DNA from: Nannocystis bainbridge
Lineage (GTDB): Bacteria; Myxococcota_A; Polyangia; Nannocystales; Nannocystaceae
DNA: 64,000 bases
Direction: 5' to 3'
Assembly: GCF_028368995.1 (NCBI RefSeq)
Contig: NZ_JAQNDL010000001.1
Span: 2,304,001-2,368,000 of the forward strand
The notes below the pieces were generated by a model, which saw nothing but the letters and a program-made list of their open reading frames with translations, was not told the DNA's origin and ran no database searches. The position numbers and the translations under genes were made by a program. Numbering within the stretch: position 1 is the first letter of the stretch; each line of letters opens with the position of its first letter. Below, in pieces: positions 45,108 to 55,130 of the stretch.

Positions 45108-45854
45108 ATGCGCATCACGCTGCTTACCTTACCTGTCCTTTCGACCATCCTCGCATGCGGCCCTGAAGCCCCGGGCGACAGCGAGACCGAGCCCGGCACC
45201 ACGGGCACAGGCACCGCGGGCACCACTGACTCGGGGACGGCCTCGAGCGACTCGGTGTCGGCCACCGAGCCGCCCGCGACCACCGACGCCCTGCCGACCA
45301 CCGGCCCCGAGACCTCCACCTCCGGGCCCGTCGAGACCACCACCTCCGGGCCCGTCGAGACCTCCACCTCCGGGCCCATCGAGACCACCTCCGGTCCGGT
45401 CGAGACCACCACCTCCACCACCGTCGATCCCTCGACCACCACCACCGGCGAGACCGACGGTGCGCCCGGCTTCGAATTCGCCGTTCAGTTCTGGGCCGGC
45501 GGCCTCGATCACCTCACCCTGCGCATGGCCGCCCTCAAGGACGACTACTGCGTCGAGATCCAGTTCGCCCGCCCCGGCGGCTCCGAGTTGCCCGGCCTGA
45601 CCCTCCCGACCGACTGGTGGTACCAGGGCGCCACCGTCTCGCCGGGCGTCGTCGACTGCCTCGACTTCATGGCTTCGCTGCCGCCCGGGGCCTTCGCCGA
45701 CAGCATCGCCGGCTCCGCCGCCTGGACCACCGACTCGTTCTGCCCGTCGACGCTCGACGCGTTCGAGCTCCTGCTCGAGTTCCCGCAGGATGAGCCATGG
45801 GTGCCCGCCGATGTCCAGGTCTTCGGTGGTCCCGTCGCCGTCTCCGGCTGCTGA
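45108..45854 (+). CDS. Thr/Ser-rich-linker lipoprotein
   Basis: ILAC lipobox, TTSGPVET repeats, Cys-containing C-terminal domain. Confidence 0.75.
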   Translation: MRITLLTLPVLSTILACGPEAPGDSETEPGTTGTGTAGTTDSGTASSDSVSATEPPATTDALPTTGPETSTSGPVETTTSGPVETSTSGPIETTSGPVETTTSTTVDPSTTTTGETDGAPGFEFAVQFWAGGLDHLTLRMAALKDDYCVEIQFARPGGSELPGLTLPTDWWYQGATVSPGVVDCLDFMASLPPGAFADSIAGSAAWTTDSFCPSTLDAFELLLEFPQDEPWVPADVQVFGGPVAVSGC

Positions 45855-45919
45855 GCCGACGACCGCCGTTCCGCGGCCCCGCTCCCTCCGCCCTGCGGCG
45901 GGCTGATAGCATCGCCGTC

Positions 45920-47383
<1,464 letters not shown>

Positions 47384-47604
47384 CGTCGCGCTCGACGCGT
47401 CCGCGTGCCATCGCTAGCCCCGCGAAGCGCTCCGCGCCGTGATGCCTTGCGAGCCGGTGGGTGCTCGCCTCGCGCGAGACAACCACGGTCGACGCGAGTA
47501 AACGCCGCCCGTCTCCGCGTGACCACGGGCTTCCGCGCGCCACGTGCCCGCTGCGCGCGGGCCTGCGCGCTCGACACCGCTGCGCCGTCTTCTATACTGC
47601 CCGC

Positions 47605-48318
47605 ATGCGAACTTACCTTTACGTGCTCCCGTTCACCTCGATGCTCGCGGCCTGCAGCAGCGGCGGCGGCGACTGCGGCTCGAGCTTCCGCTGCGACCAG
47701 CTCCCCGAGTCGGCCACCGCCACCGAGGGCACCGGCACCGCCACCGACGACTCGACCGGCACCGCCACCGAAGACCCCACCGGCACCGGCACCAGCACCT
47801 CGGAGACCGGCACCTCCGAGCCTGGCACCACCGCCGAGACCACCTCCGAGACCGGCACCACCGCCGAGCCCGGCACCACCGCCGAGACCTCCGAGTCCGG
47901 CACCAGCGAAGGTTCCTCGACCGGCGAGACCACCGGCGGTCCGCTCGTCGAGGGCCCCGCCAGCCACGGTGAGTCGTGCGCGCCCAACGACGGGGTCGCG
48001 GTCGAGTTCAAGATCGATCTGGCCGAGCGCGCCTGCGACAGCGACTGGCCCGAGGACGTCCCGCTGTTTCGCATCGTCCTGTTCAAGTCGATCGCGGAGC
48101 TCGAGCTCGGCCCGCACCAGCTCGCCGGTGAGGGCGGCTTCGCCTGGTACGACGACGGTGACGGCACGCCGGAGAACACCGACCAGGGCAACGTCCTCAT
48201 CCAGGAGATCACCGCCGACGGCCTGCGCGGCACCTACGAGGTCACGCTGCCCGACAACACCGTGCTGAGCGGCGCGTTCGACTCGATCTACTGCCCGCAA
48301 GACATCCTGTGCGGATGA
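47605..48318 (+). CDS. Thr-rich-linker lipoprotein
   Basis: LAAC lipobox, T/G/E low-complexity linker, C-terminal CAPNDG...YCP....CG domain. Confidence 0.75.
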   Translation: MRTYLYVLPFTSMLAACSSGGGDCGSSFRCDQLPESATATEGTGTATDDSTGTATEDPTGTGTSTSETGTSEPGTTAETTSETGTTAEPGTTAETSESGTSEGSSTGETTGGPLVEGPASHGESCAPNDGVAVEFKIDLAERACDSDWPEDVPLFRIVLFKSIAELELGPHQLAGEGGFAWYDDGDGTPENTDQGNVLIQEITADGLRGTYEVTLPDNTVLSGAFDSIYCPQDILCG

Positions 48319-48367
48319 ACATGCTCTGAAGGACATGTGCGAACGAACATGCCCGTTCGCACATGTC
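48318..48367. repeat. four-unit 14-bp-period NACATGYN array
   Basis: Cores at 48318, 48332, 48346, 48360. Confidence 0.75.
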
Positions 48368-48460
48368 CCGGAGTGGCGCACTGCGGTGCGCCACCGTCAC
48401 GGCGTGGGGGCTTCCCCGCCGAACTGGCCCCGCGCGGCTACCCGCCCGCCGACCCCGGCC

Positions 48461-49441
48461 TCACAGCCGCTGGTCGATGTGCGTCTTGGCCCGCAGGCTC
48501 GAGCGCAGGTCTTTGACCGCGCGGGCGAACGACTCTTGCTCGAGCTGCATGCGGATGCGCTCCTTGGCCTGGTCGAACGGCAGCACGTTGCCGGTGTCGT
48601 GGCGGACCACCTTGACCACCAGGAACCCCTGGCCGGTCTCGAGCGGGCCCACCGTCTCGCCGACGCGGGCGGCGAAGATGGCGTCCTCGATGGTCGGGGC
48701 GACCTCGCCGCGCGACAGCGTCGCCTTCGGCTCGGTGATCTGGAACTCCTGCGCCAGCGCCAGCGGGTCCTCGCCCGAGCGCATGCGGCGGGCGACCGCC
48801 TGGGCGTTGGCGTAGGCCGCGTCGCGGGACTTGGCCGTCTGCTCCTCGGGCGTGAACACGAAGCGCAGCAGGTCGGCCTTGATGTCGACCCCGCGGACCA
48901 TCTTGCGGTACTGCTCGCGGATCTGGGCGTCCGTCACCGACGTGTTGGCCAGCGCGCGGGTGGTCTGGTACACGAGCAGCTGGTCCTTGGTGTCCTGCAG
49001 GTAGTCGTTCCAGTTGCCGTACTGGCCGCTCTGCTCGACCGCCTCGCGCAGCTGCTTGGTGTTGGAGAACCCGTTCTCCTGCGCGATCTGCTGCAGGTAG
49101 CGGTCGACGTCGGCGTCGGTGATGCTGATCTGGAAGCGCGAGGCCTCCTTCTTGATCAGCTGTTGGTCGATGAGCTCGTCGAGCGCCTGCGTCCGCGCCT
49201 CGCGGGTCGCCATCTCGATCTGCTGCTGGGTCGGGTTGCGCCCGTACTTCTGCAGCGCCTCCTGCATGAGCGGCGAGCTGGCGACCAGGGTGTCGAGCTG
49301 GCTCAGGAGGATGATCTCGTCGCCGACCACGGCGACGATCTTGTCGAGCACGAGCCCCTCCGCGCGCGCCGGCCCCGAGCCGACCGCCAGCGAGGCGAAC
49401 CCGGCGACCACGAGCGCTGCGACGCGTGCGACCCTGCGCAT
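48461..49441 (-). CDS. surA: SurA-like periplasmic chaperone / parvulin PPIase
   Basis: LDKIVAVVGDEIILLS, LDELIDQQL, GETVGPLETGQGFLVVKV; PPIase domain is divergent. Confidence 0.75.
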   Translation of the reverse strand: MRRVARVAALVVAGFASLAVGSGPARAEGLVLDKIVAVVGDEIILLSQLDTLVASSPLMQEALQKYGRNPTQQQIEMATREARTQALDELIDQQLIKKEASRFQISITDADVDRYLQQIAQENGFSNTKQLREAVEQSGQYGNWNDYLQDTKDQLLVYQTTRALANTSVTDAQIREQYRKMVRGVDIKADLLRFVFTPEEQTAKSRDAAYANAQAVARRMRSGEDPLALAQEFQITEPKATLSRGEVAPTIEDAIFAARVGETVGPLETGQGFLVVKVVRHDTGNVLPFDQAKERIRMQLEQESFARAVKDLRSSLRAKTHIDQRL

Positions 49442-49745
49442 GCGACCCTCGTAGCACCGCCCGCCCCCGGGCACAAGGCCGCGGCGACGGCGGCCCGCCC
49501 GCGGCCCACCGGCCCCGGCGGCCGAGCTGTCCTCAAAGCCAGGAATAACCGCGTCGAGCCCGCGACGGGCGCCCCCGGTGGCCGCGAGGCGCCGACCTGA
49601 TTCCGAGCTGTCCCCGCGGCCAGGTTCTCCCGCATATGGGCTCCGGCCCGGCGAGCCCGCGGAGAGCCCCTGCCGCGGGCGCCGCGACCCGCACCGGCCG
49701 GCAGCCCTTGCGGGCGGCGGTCGCGGGGGGTCATCCTGGACCGGC

Positions 49746-52403
49746 ATGAGCGTGGTCGAGCCCGAAGTGTGGGGCCCCGAGGGGCTGTGCGAGCAGTTCT
49801 GGGACGTCGACCGCAAGATGCACAACCGCCGCTTCGCCTTCATCCTCGGCGCCGGCGCGTCGGTGCAGTCGGGGATCCCCACGGCGGGCACGCTGGTGCG
49901 GCGCTGGCTCGGCGAGCTGCATCGCCGCCTCGCCCGCGCCGACGTGCCGCTCGAGCGCTGGGCCACCGCCGAGGCGCTCGAGATCGCCGGCTTCTCGTTC
50001 GCCGACCTGCCGGCGTCCTACAGCCAGGTGTTCGCCCGCCGCTTCCGCCAGCACCCCGACGAGGGCTACGCCGACCTCGAGGACATCATGCAGGGCAAGG
50101 ACCCGAGCTTCGGCTACTCGGTGCTGGCCCACATCCTGGCCGAGACCCGCCACAAGCTGGTGATCACCACCAACTTCGACAACCTCGTCGGCGACGCGCT
50201 GTCGATCTTCACCGGCACGACGCCGCTGGTGTGCGGCCACGAGTCGCTGGCCAACTTCGTGCACGTCGAGCCGCGCCGGCCGGTGGTCGTGAAGATCCAC
50301 CGCGACCTGCTGATGGCGCCGATGAACCAGGCCGCCGAGATCGCGGCGCTGCAGACGGCGTGGATCGATCCGCTCACCCGGGTGTTCCGCGCATACACGC
50401 CGATCGTGATCGGCTACGGCGGCAACGACGGCAGCCTCATGGGCTTTTTGAATAGCCTGCCGGAGGACGCGATCCCCGGCGGGATCTTCTGGTGCTACTA
50501 CGGCCCGTCAGGCCCGCCCAGCCCGGAGATCCGCCGCCTCGTGGCGCGCCACCGCGGGGTGCTGGTGCCGGTCGAGGGCTTCGACGAGCTCATGCTGCGG
50601 CTCAGCGCGCGCCTGCGGATCCCCCTGCTCGACCAGGTGATCGAGTCCAAGGCCCGCACGCGCGTCGACAACTACCGCCGCCGCGTCGAGGAGCTGCAGG
50701 CGCGCCTGTTCCCTTCGACGCCGGCCGAGGCCGAGGCGATCGAGCAGCGCACCGGCGGGCCGGCGTCGGCCGAGCCCGCGTCACCGCGATCTGTCCCTTC
50801 GGACAGCATCACACCGATCGTGGCGCCGCCCGAGGCCTCGCCGCAACCAGCCCCGGCCGAGCGGTCGGCAGCACCGCTCTCGGACGCAGGGGAGGCGCGG
50901 CGGCCGTCGTCTTCACCTATTCCTTCGGACAGCTCGCCGCCCCGGCGTTCGCCGTCCGGAGGCAACGCGGCGACGTCGCCATCCGGTTCGCCGGTCCGTT
51001 CGCACCAGGCCCCGCTCGCCAGGCCGTCGTCCCGTGATGCTTCGGCGCCGTCGCGTTCGGGCCTGCCTGTCCTTGCGGACAGCCCGTCGCCTGCCCCTTC
51101 GGACCTGTCTCCGACAGGAAAATCTGCCTCTTCCAGGAGTCCGTCGCCCGAGCTGCGGTCTGCCCCTTCCGACCTGTCGCCAGCAGAAGAACCTGGCCTT
51201 TCGGACATGCCACCGCTCGCCCCGCAGCATGTCTCTTCAGACATGTCACAGTCGCCCTCGGCCAGACCATCGCCGCCGCTGAACCGCGCGCCCGCGAGCC
51301 CCGAGTCGCCCACCGCCCGGTCCGGCCCGTCCGCAGCCGGTTCGGCCCCGACCCGCGGCCTCGAGGTCGCGCACTCGCGGCCGTCGCCGCTGCTCTCGAC
51401 GAGCGCCTTCGTCTTGCGCCTCGACGGCATCGATCGGCCGGCCGAGCCTCACGAGTCGGAGACCTCGCACGAGCGCGGGCTCGATTCTCTCGGTGCGATG
51501 TCCCCGCCGTCGCAGGTCGATGCTTCGCGCGAGGACGACCTGGGGCTGAACGCAGCGAGCGACGAAGAGGCCGAGAGCGAAGACCGCCAGCGGGACCCGA
51601 GCGATGACAGAGCCGCCTATCTGGAAGATGTGCTTTTGGACATGTCCTCGCGCCGGCACGAGTCCCTCGACGACGCCGATGAACCCGTGAGCTTCGCGGC
51701 TGCTCCCCGCTCGTGGACCGCAGGCCCGCTGCGGCGCCTGCCTGCCGCCGCCGGCTCGTTGCAGCGGGCGCTGCAGCAGGTCGCGGGGGAGGCCGCCGCT
51801 GCCGATCCGTGGACCATCTCGCTGCAGGCGCGCGCCGAGCCGGACCGCGAGCGCGCCATCGCCCTCCTGCGCGCGGGCTTGCAGCAGTTCCCGGCCGACC
51901 GCACCCTCTCGCTCGACCTCGTGGAGCGCCTCACCGAGCGGCCCACCACCGAAGCTGTGCAATCGGCCATGTCCACGATCGCCGCGCGGCTCGCCGCCGA
52001 CCCCGGCGACAAGCTCGCGCTGGCGCACCGCGTGCTGCTGCTGGCCTGGCTCGGGCTCTATCCCGCCGCTGGCGAGGCGCTGCGCCGCCTGGGCGACGCG
52101 GTCGCCGGCTCCGATGCGATCGCCGTGGAAATCGCAGGCCTCGCCTTCCTCGACGGCCTGCTCCTGCGCCTGCAAGGCGCCGACGACGACTCGGCGCTGG
52201 CCCCGTTCCAGGTCCACGTCCACGGCATGTCGCCCATCGTCGGCCTGCCGCACGCTCTCATCGTCGCCCTCGCGGGGCGCCTCGACCCGGCCTCGCGCCG
52301 CCTGTACCTCCACCTGTCGGACCGCCTCGCCGGCAGGCTGTCGGCCGAGGAGTTCGCCCGCCGCGAGCCCCGGCTCGCCGGCTCGCCCGTCGCCCGCGTC
52401 TGA
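49746..52403 (+). CDS. SIR2-like domain protein with Ser/Pro-rich linker and helical C-terminus
   Basis: FILGAGASVQSGIP, ITTNFDNL, VKIHRD, IVIGYGGND. Confidence 0.8.
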   Translation: MSVVEPEVWGPEGLCEQFWDVDRKMHNRRFAFILGAGASVQSGIPTAGTLVRRWLGELHRRLARADVPLERWATAEALEIAGFSFADLPASYSQVFARRFRQHPDEGYADLEDIMQGKDPSFGYSVLAHILAETRHKLVITTNFDNLVGDALSIFTGTTPLVCGHESLANFVHVEPRRPVVVKIHRDLLMAPMNQAAEIAALQTAWIDPLTRVFRAYTPIVIGYGGNDGSLMGFLNSLPEDAIPGGIFWCYYGPSGPPSPEIRRLVARHRGVLVPVEGFDELMLRLSARLRIPLLDQVIESKARTRVDNYRRRVEELQARLFPSTPAEAEAIEQRTGGPASAEPASPRSVPSDSITPIVAPPEASPQPAPAERSAAPLSDAGEARRPSSSPIPSDSSPPRRSPSGGNAATSPSGSPVRSHQAPLARPSSRDASAPSRSGLPVLADSPSPAPSDLSPTGKSASSRSPSPELRSAPSDLSPAEEPGLSDMPPLAPQHVSSDMSQSPSARPSPPLNRAPASPESPTARSGPSAAGSAPTRGLEVAHSRPSPLLSTSAFVLRLDGIDRPAEPHESETSHERGLDSLGAMSPPSQVDASREDDLGLNAASDEEAESEDRQRDPSDDRAAYLEDVLLDMSSRRHESLDDADEPVSFAAAPRSWTAGPLRRLPAAAGSLQRALQQVAGEAAAADPWTISLQARAEPDRERAIALLRAGLQQFPADRTLSLDLVERLTERPTTEAVQSAMSTIAARLAADPGDKLALAHRVLLLAWLGLYPAAGEALRRLGDAVAGSDAIAVEIAGLAFLDGLLLRLQGADDDSALAPFQVHVHGMSPIVGLPHALIVALAGRLDPASRRLYLHLSDRLAGRLSAEEFARREPRLAGSPVARV

Positions 52404-52419
52404 GCTTCGCAGCGCGAAG

Positions 52420-52455
52420 GACATGTCTCGAAAGACATGTCTCGATGGACATCAA
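52420..52455. repeat. three-unit 14-bp-period GACATGTC array
   Basis: Cores at 52420, 52434, 52448. Confidence 0.7.
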
Positions 52456-52646
52456 GCTCGCCGCCGCAGACCCGTCCTGTGGATCCGTTTCGGGGTGAGA
52501 GTCCGCCGGGCCGTCGCGCATGACTTTCAAGACAGGATGCTGACATCCGAAATCCCGCCGGTGCCAGCCGTCCCGAGAGCCAGGCCGTTTCCGCGCATAG
52601 TCCCGCAACAGCGTCAATTGGCTCCTATTCTTCGTTCTATAACATC

Positions 52647-52663
52647 TTGAAAATGATATTCAA
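52647..52663 (+). promoter_or_regulatory. Fur-box-like 17-bp palindrome
   Basis: TTGAAAATGATATTCAA, 1 mismatch from the delta-proteobacterial consensus WTGAAAATNATTTTCAW; in an AT-rich promoter with TATAAC at 52638. Confidence 0.7.
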
Positions 52664-52692
52664 AACCCATATCAATTATCTGGAGAGCACCC

Positions 52693-52941
52693 ATGCACCC
52701 CACACGCCCCTGCCAGCGGACCCGCCTCGCCACCAGCCCCATGGTCACGATCGACTCGTGCAGCTGCACGATGATCCACCTCAACGTCGGCGCCACCACC
52801 TTGCGCTTCACCCCCGAGGCGTTCGAGGGCCTGTCGGGGCTGATCCTCGAGGCCGTCGCCGAGATGGCCTCGCGCCCGCCGAGCGACCACGACGGCGGGC
52901 TCCCGCTGCACGTCGGCCGGCGCGTGCGAGGTGAGGCGTGA
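52693..52941 (+). CDS. small hypothetical protein (CxC..H motif)
   Basis: GGAG RBS; DSCSCTMIHLNVGATTLRF. Confidence 0.65.
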   Translation: MHPTRPCQRTRLATSPMVTIDSCSCTMIHLNVGATTLRFTPEAFEGLSGLILEAVAEMASRPPSDHDGGLPLHVGRRVRGEA

Positions 52942-53165
52942 GCGGTCGCCCCGGCCCGCTGCTGCTGGCGAGCGCGCCGGGCTACCGCGTCGAGCTGGGC
53001 GAGGGCGGCGTCGTCCTCGTCCACGCCGGCCCGGTCAGTTTTCGCCTCGCGCGCGACGCTTGCGAGGCCCTGACCACCACGCTCGCGCGGGCGATGGTGC
53101 GGCTGGCCCGGGTCTGTCCCAAACGACCTGTGCTCGAGGTCCTGCCCGGCGGGGGCGAGGGGTGA
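52938..53165 (+). CDS. small hypothetical protein, paralogue of the upstream ORF
   Basis: GTGA overlap; VELGEGGVVLVHAGPVSFRL..ACEAL aligns with the previous protein. Confidence 0.6.
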   Translation: MSGRPGPLLLASAPGYRVELGEGGVVLVHAGPVSFRLARDACEALTTTLARAMVRLARVCPKRPVLEVLPGGGEG

Positions 53166-53614
53166 CCGCCGGCTTCCCTGCCAGCGAGCCGCCCGAGGCC
53201 GGCGCGCTGCGGCTGGTGTTGACGCTGGCGCTGACCCGGCGCGAAGCCGCGGGCCTGCTCGCGCGCGCCGGCGAGGTCGAAGGTCTGCGGCCCTCGGCCG
53301 TGGTCGCGGCCCTCGGCGACGCGCTCGCGGGCGACGAGCAGCTGTGGCGCGAGGTCGGAGCGACGCTCGACGACCGCCTGGCCCCGTGGCTGACGGAGCT
53401 CGGCGGCCGACCCCTGCGCGACCTGCTGGCCCGCGTCTCCGGCGACGGCGAGGTCGACGTCCCTGCCCTCGCGGCCCTGCTGTGGTCGCTGATCCGCCGC
53501 CGCCAGCGCGCGCTCGGGCCGCTGCTGGCTCACGTCGTCCGCGAGGTCGAGGGCCTCATCGTCGCCGACGCCGGCCAGCGCGCCCGCGATCTCCGCCGCG
53601 AAGCGATCCTCTGA
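53162..53614 (+). CDS. hypothetical helical protein
   Basis: GTGA overlap with the previous gene; host-like codon usage. Confidence 0.55.
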   Translation: MTAGFPASEPPEAGALRLVLTLALTRREAAGLLARAGEVEGLRPSAVVAALGDALAGDEQLWREVGATLDDRLAPWLTELGGRPLRDLLARVSGDGEVDVPALAALLWSLIRRRQRALGPLLAHVVREVEGLIVADAGQRARDLRREAIL

Positions 53615-53625
53615 AGCGCGCCAAG

Positions 53626-53703
53626 AGCATGTCTTCGAGGACATGACCTTTCACGCATAAACATCCAGACATGTCGCGAGCGACATGCCCCTTCCGACAG
53701 GCG
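53626..53703. repeat. six-unit 14-bp-period degenerate GACATGTC array
   Basis: Cores at 53626, 53640, 53654 (degenerate), 53668, 53682, 53696. Confidence 0.75.
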
Positions 53704-53724
53704 ATGATCGACCGCTCCGGACCG

Positions 53725-54183
53725 CTAGTCCATGCCGGTGGTGGTCGTCGCCCCGGTGTCGGTGCCCGTGCTCGTGGTCCCGGTCTCGGGCTCGTCGGTC
53801 GTCGTGCCGGTCGTCGCGTCGGTCGTCGTGTCGGTCGTCGAGGTCGAAGTCGAGGTCCCGGTCGTCGGCGTCCCGGTGGTCGGCGTCTCGGTCGTCTCGC
53901 TGGTGGTGCCGGTGCTGGTGCTCGTGCCGGTCTCGGTCTCGCCGCCGGTGCTGGTGCTGAGCGGCGGCTGGAACGAGTCCGACTCGGTGGCGGGCACGCC
54001 GTAGACGGCGGTCACCAGGCAGCCGGACAGGGTCAAGCCGGAGACCAGCAGGGCGGCGGTGCACAGCAGGCCTGTCCCCTGGGACAGGCTCTCGCCGCAG
54101 TGCGGGCAGCTGCCGGCGCCGGCGCGCAAGAATTCGCGACAAGCAGGACAGGGGACGAGACGGGTATCGGGCAGCATGGTCAT
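53725..54183 (-). CDS. zinc-ribbon / Thr-rich membrane or lipoprotein
   Basis: CPAC..CPHC, hydrophobic LSGC, AVYGVP, Thr-rich tail. Confidence 0.65.
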   Translation of the reverse strand: MTMLPDTRLVPCPACREFLRAGAGSCPHCGESLSQGTGLLCTAALLVSGLTLSGCLVTAVYGVPATESDSFQPPLSTSTGGETETGTSTSTGTTSETTETPTTGTPTTGTSTSTSTTDTTTDATTGTTTDEPETGTTSTGTDTGATTTTGMD

Positions 54184-54188
54184 GGCGT

Positions 54189-55130
54189 TCACTCCTCACC
54201 GACCTCGCGCGACATCAATGCGGCGACGGCCTCGCTGGCGGGGATCTCGCGGGCAAAGGCGCCCGCACACAGGGTGATGACGGGCGAGTGCAGCTTGACC
54301 CGGCGGGTGTACGCGGCGATCCGGCCGGCGCTCTCGAGGCCCTCGAAGTAGGTCCCGCCGATCGAGCCGATCGCCTCGAACGGCTGGTTCTCGGCGATCG
54401 CGCGCCCGATCGCCAGCTCGGGCCGCTCGTCGCCGGCGACCGCCGCCAGCAAGTCGCCGAAGCCGGCCAGGCCCATGAAGGTCTCGTGCTTGCCGCCGAG
54501 CACCACGCCGATCCGCGCCGCCTCGGCCATCGCCCGCGTCGCCAGCATCGCCTGCGCCGCCGGCCCGAGCCCGTGGCCCTGCGCGAACCCGATCGCGGTG
54601 GCGAACAGGCCCACCGCCGTCGACGCGAACTCGGCCCCGGTGACGTCGTCGGTGCTGTAGAGCCGCAGCAGCGGCCCGCCGATCGCCTCGCGCACCGCCG
54701 CCCGCACCTCGGGGAACCGGCTGGCGACCACGCCGCCGCTCGGCCCGCCGGTGATCAGCGCCTCGGCCACCAGCGGCCCCGCCAGCGCGCCGACGCGGCG
54801 GCACGGGGTCTCGCTGCGCAGCACCTGCGTCAATCCGTGCAGGTCGTCGCCGACGACGCCGCGCGAGATGTGGACCAGGAAGTGCCCGCCGTCGAGGTGC
54901 GCCCCGAGCTCGCGGGCGATGCTGGCGACGTACGGCGACGGCACGGCGAAGAAGATCAGCTCGCACGCGGCGAGCGCGGCTGGCCCGGAGACCAGGTCGA
55001 TGTGCTCGGTGCCCGTGCGCTGCGGCCGGCGGCTCCACAGCAGCGCCTCACGCCCGGCCCGCTCGACCGCGTGCGCGAGGCCCCAGCCGAAGTTTCCGCC
55101 TCCGACGATCCCGACCGGCGGCGCGCTCAT
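54189..55130 (-). CDS. NAD(P)H-dependent glycerol-3-phosphate dehydrogenase-like protein (divergent GpsA)
   Basis: IVGGGNFG, AVPS, AGP..A, TFMGLAGFGDL; catalytic GALKN missing. Confidence 0.8.
   Translation of the reverse strand: MSAPPVGIVGGGNFGWGLAHAVERAGREALLWSRRPQRTGTEHIDLVSGPAALAACELIFFAVPSPYVASIARELGAHLDGGHFLVHISRGVVGDDLHGLTQVLRSETPCRRVGALAGPLVAEALITGGPSGGVVASRFPEVRAAVREAIGGPLLRLYSTDDVTGAEFASTAVGLFATAIGFAQGHGLGPAAQAMLATRAMAEAARIGVVLGGKHETFMGLAGFGDLLAAVAGDERPELAIGRAIAENQPFEAIGSIGGTYFEGLESAGRIAAYTRRVKLHSPVITLCAGAFAREIPASEAVAALMSREVGEE

Noticed and set aside
45290-45450. Short tandem repeats in Thr-rich lipoprotein genes (also 47720-47940 and 53740-53950)
   Set aside because: These are codon-phased low-complexity linkers, common in these organisms.
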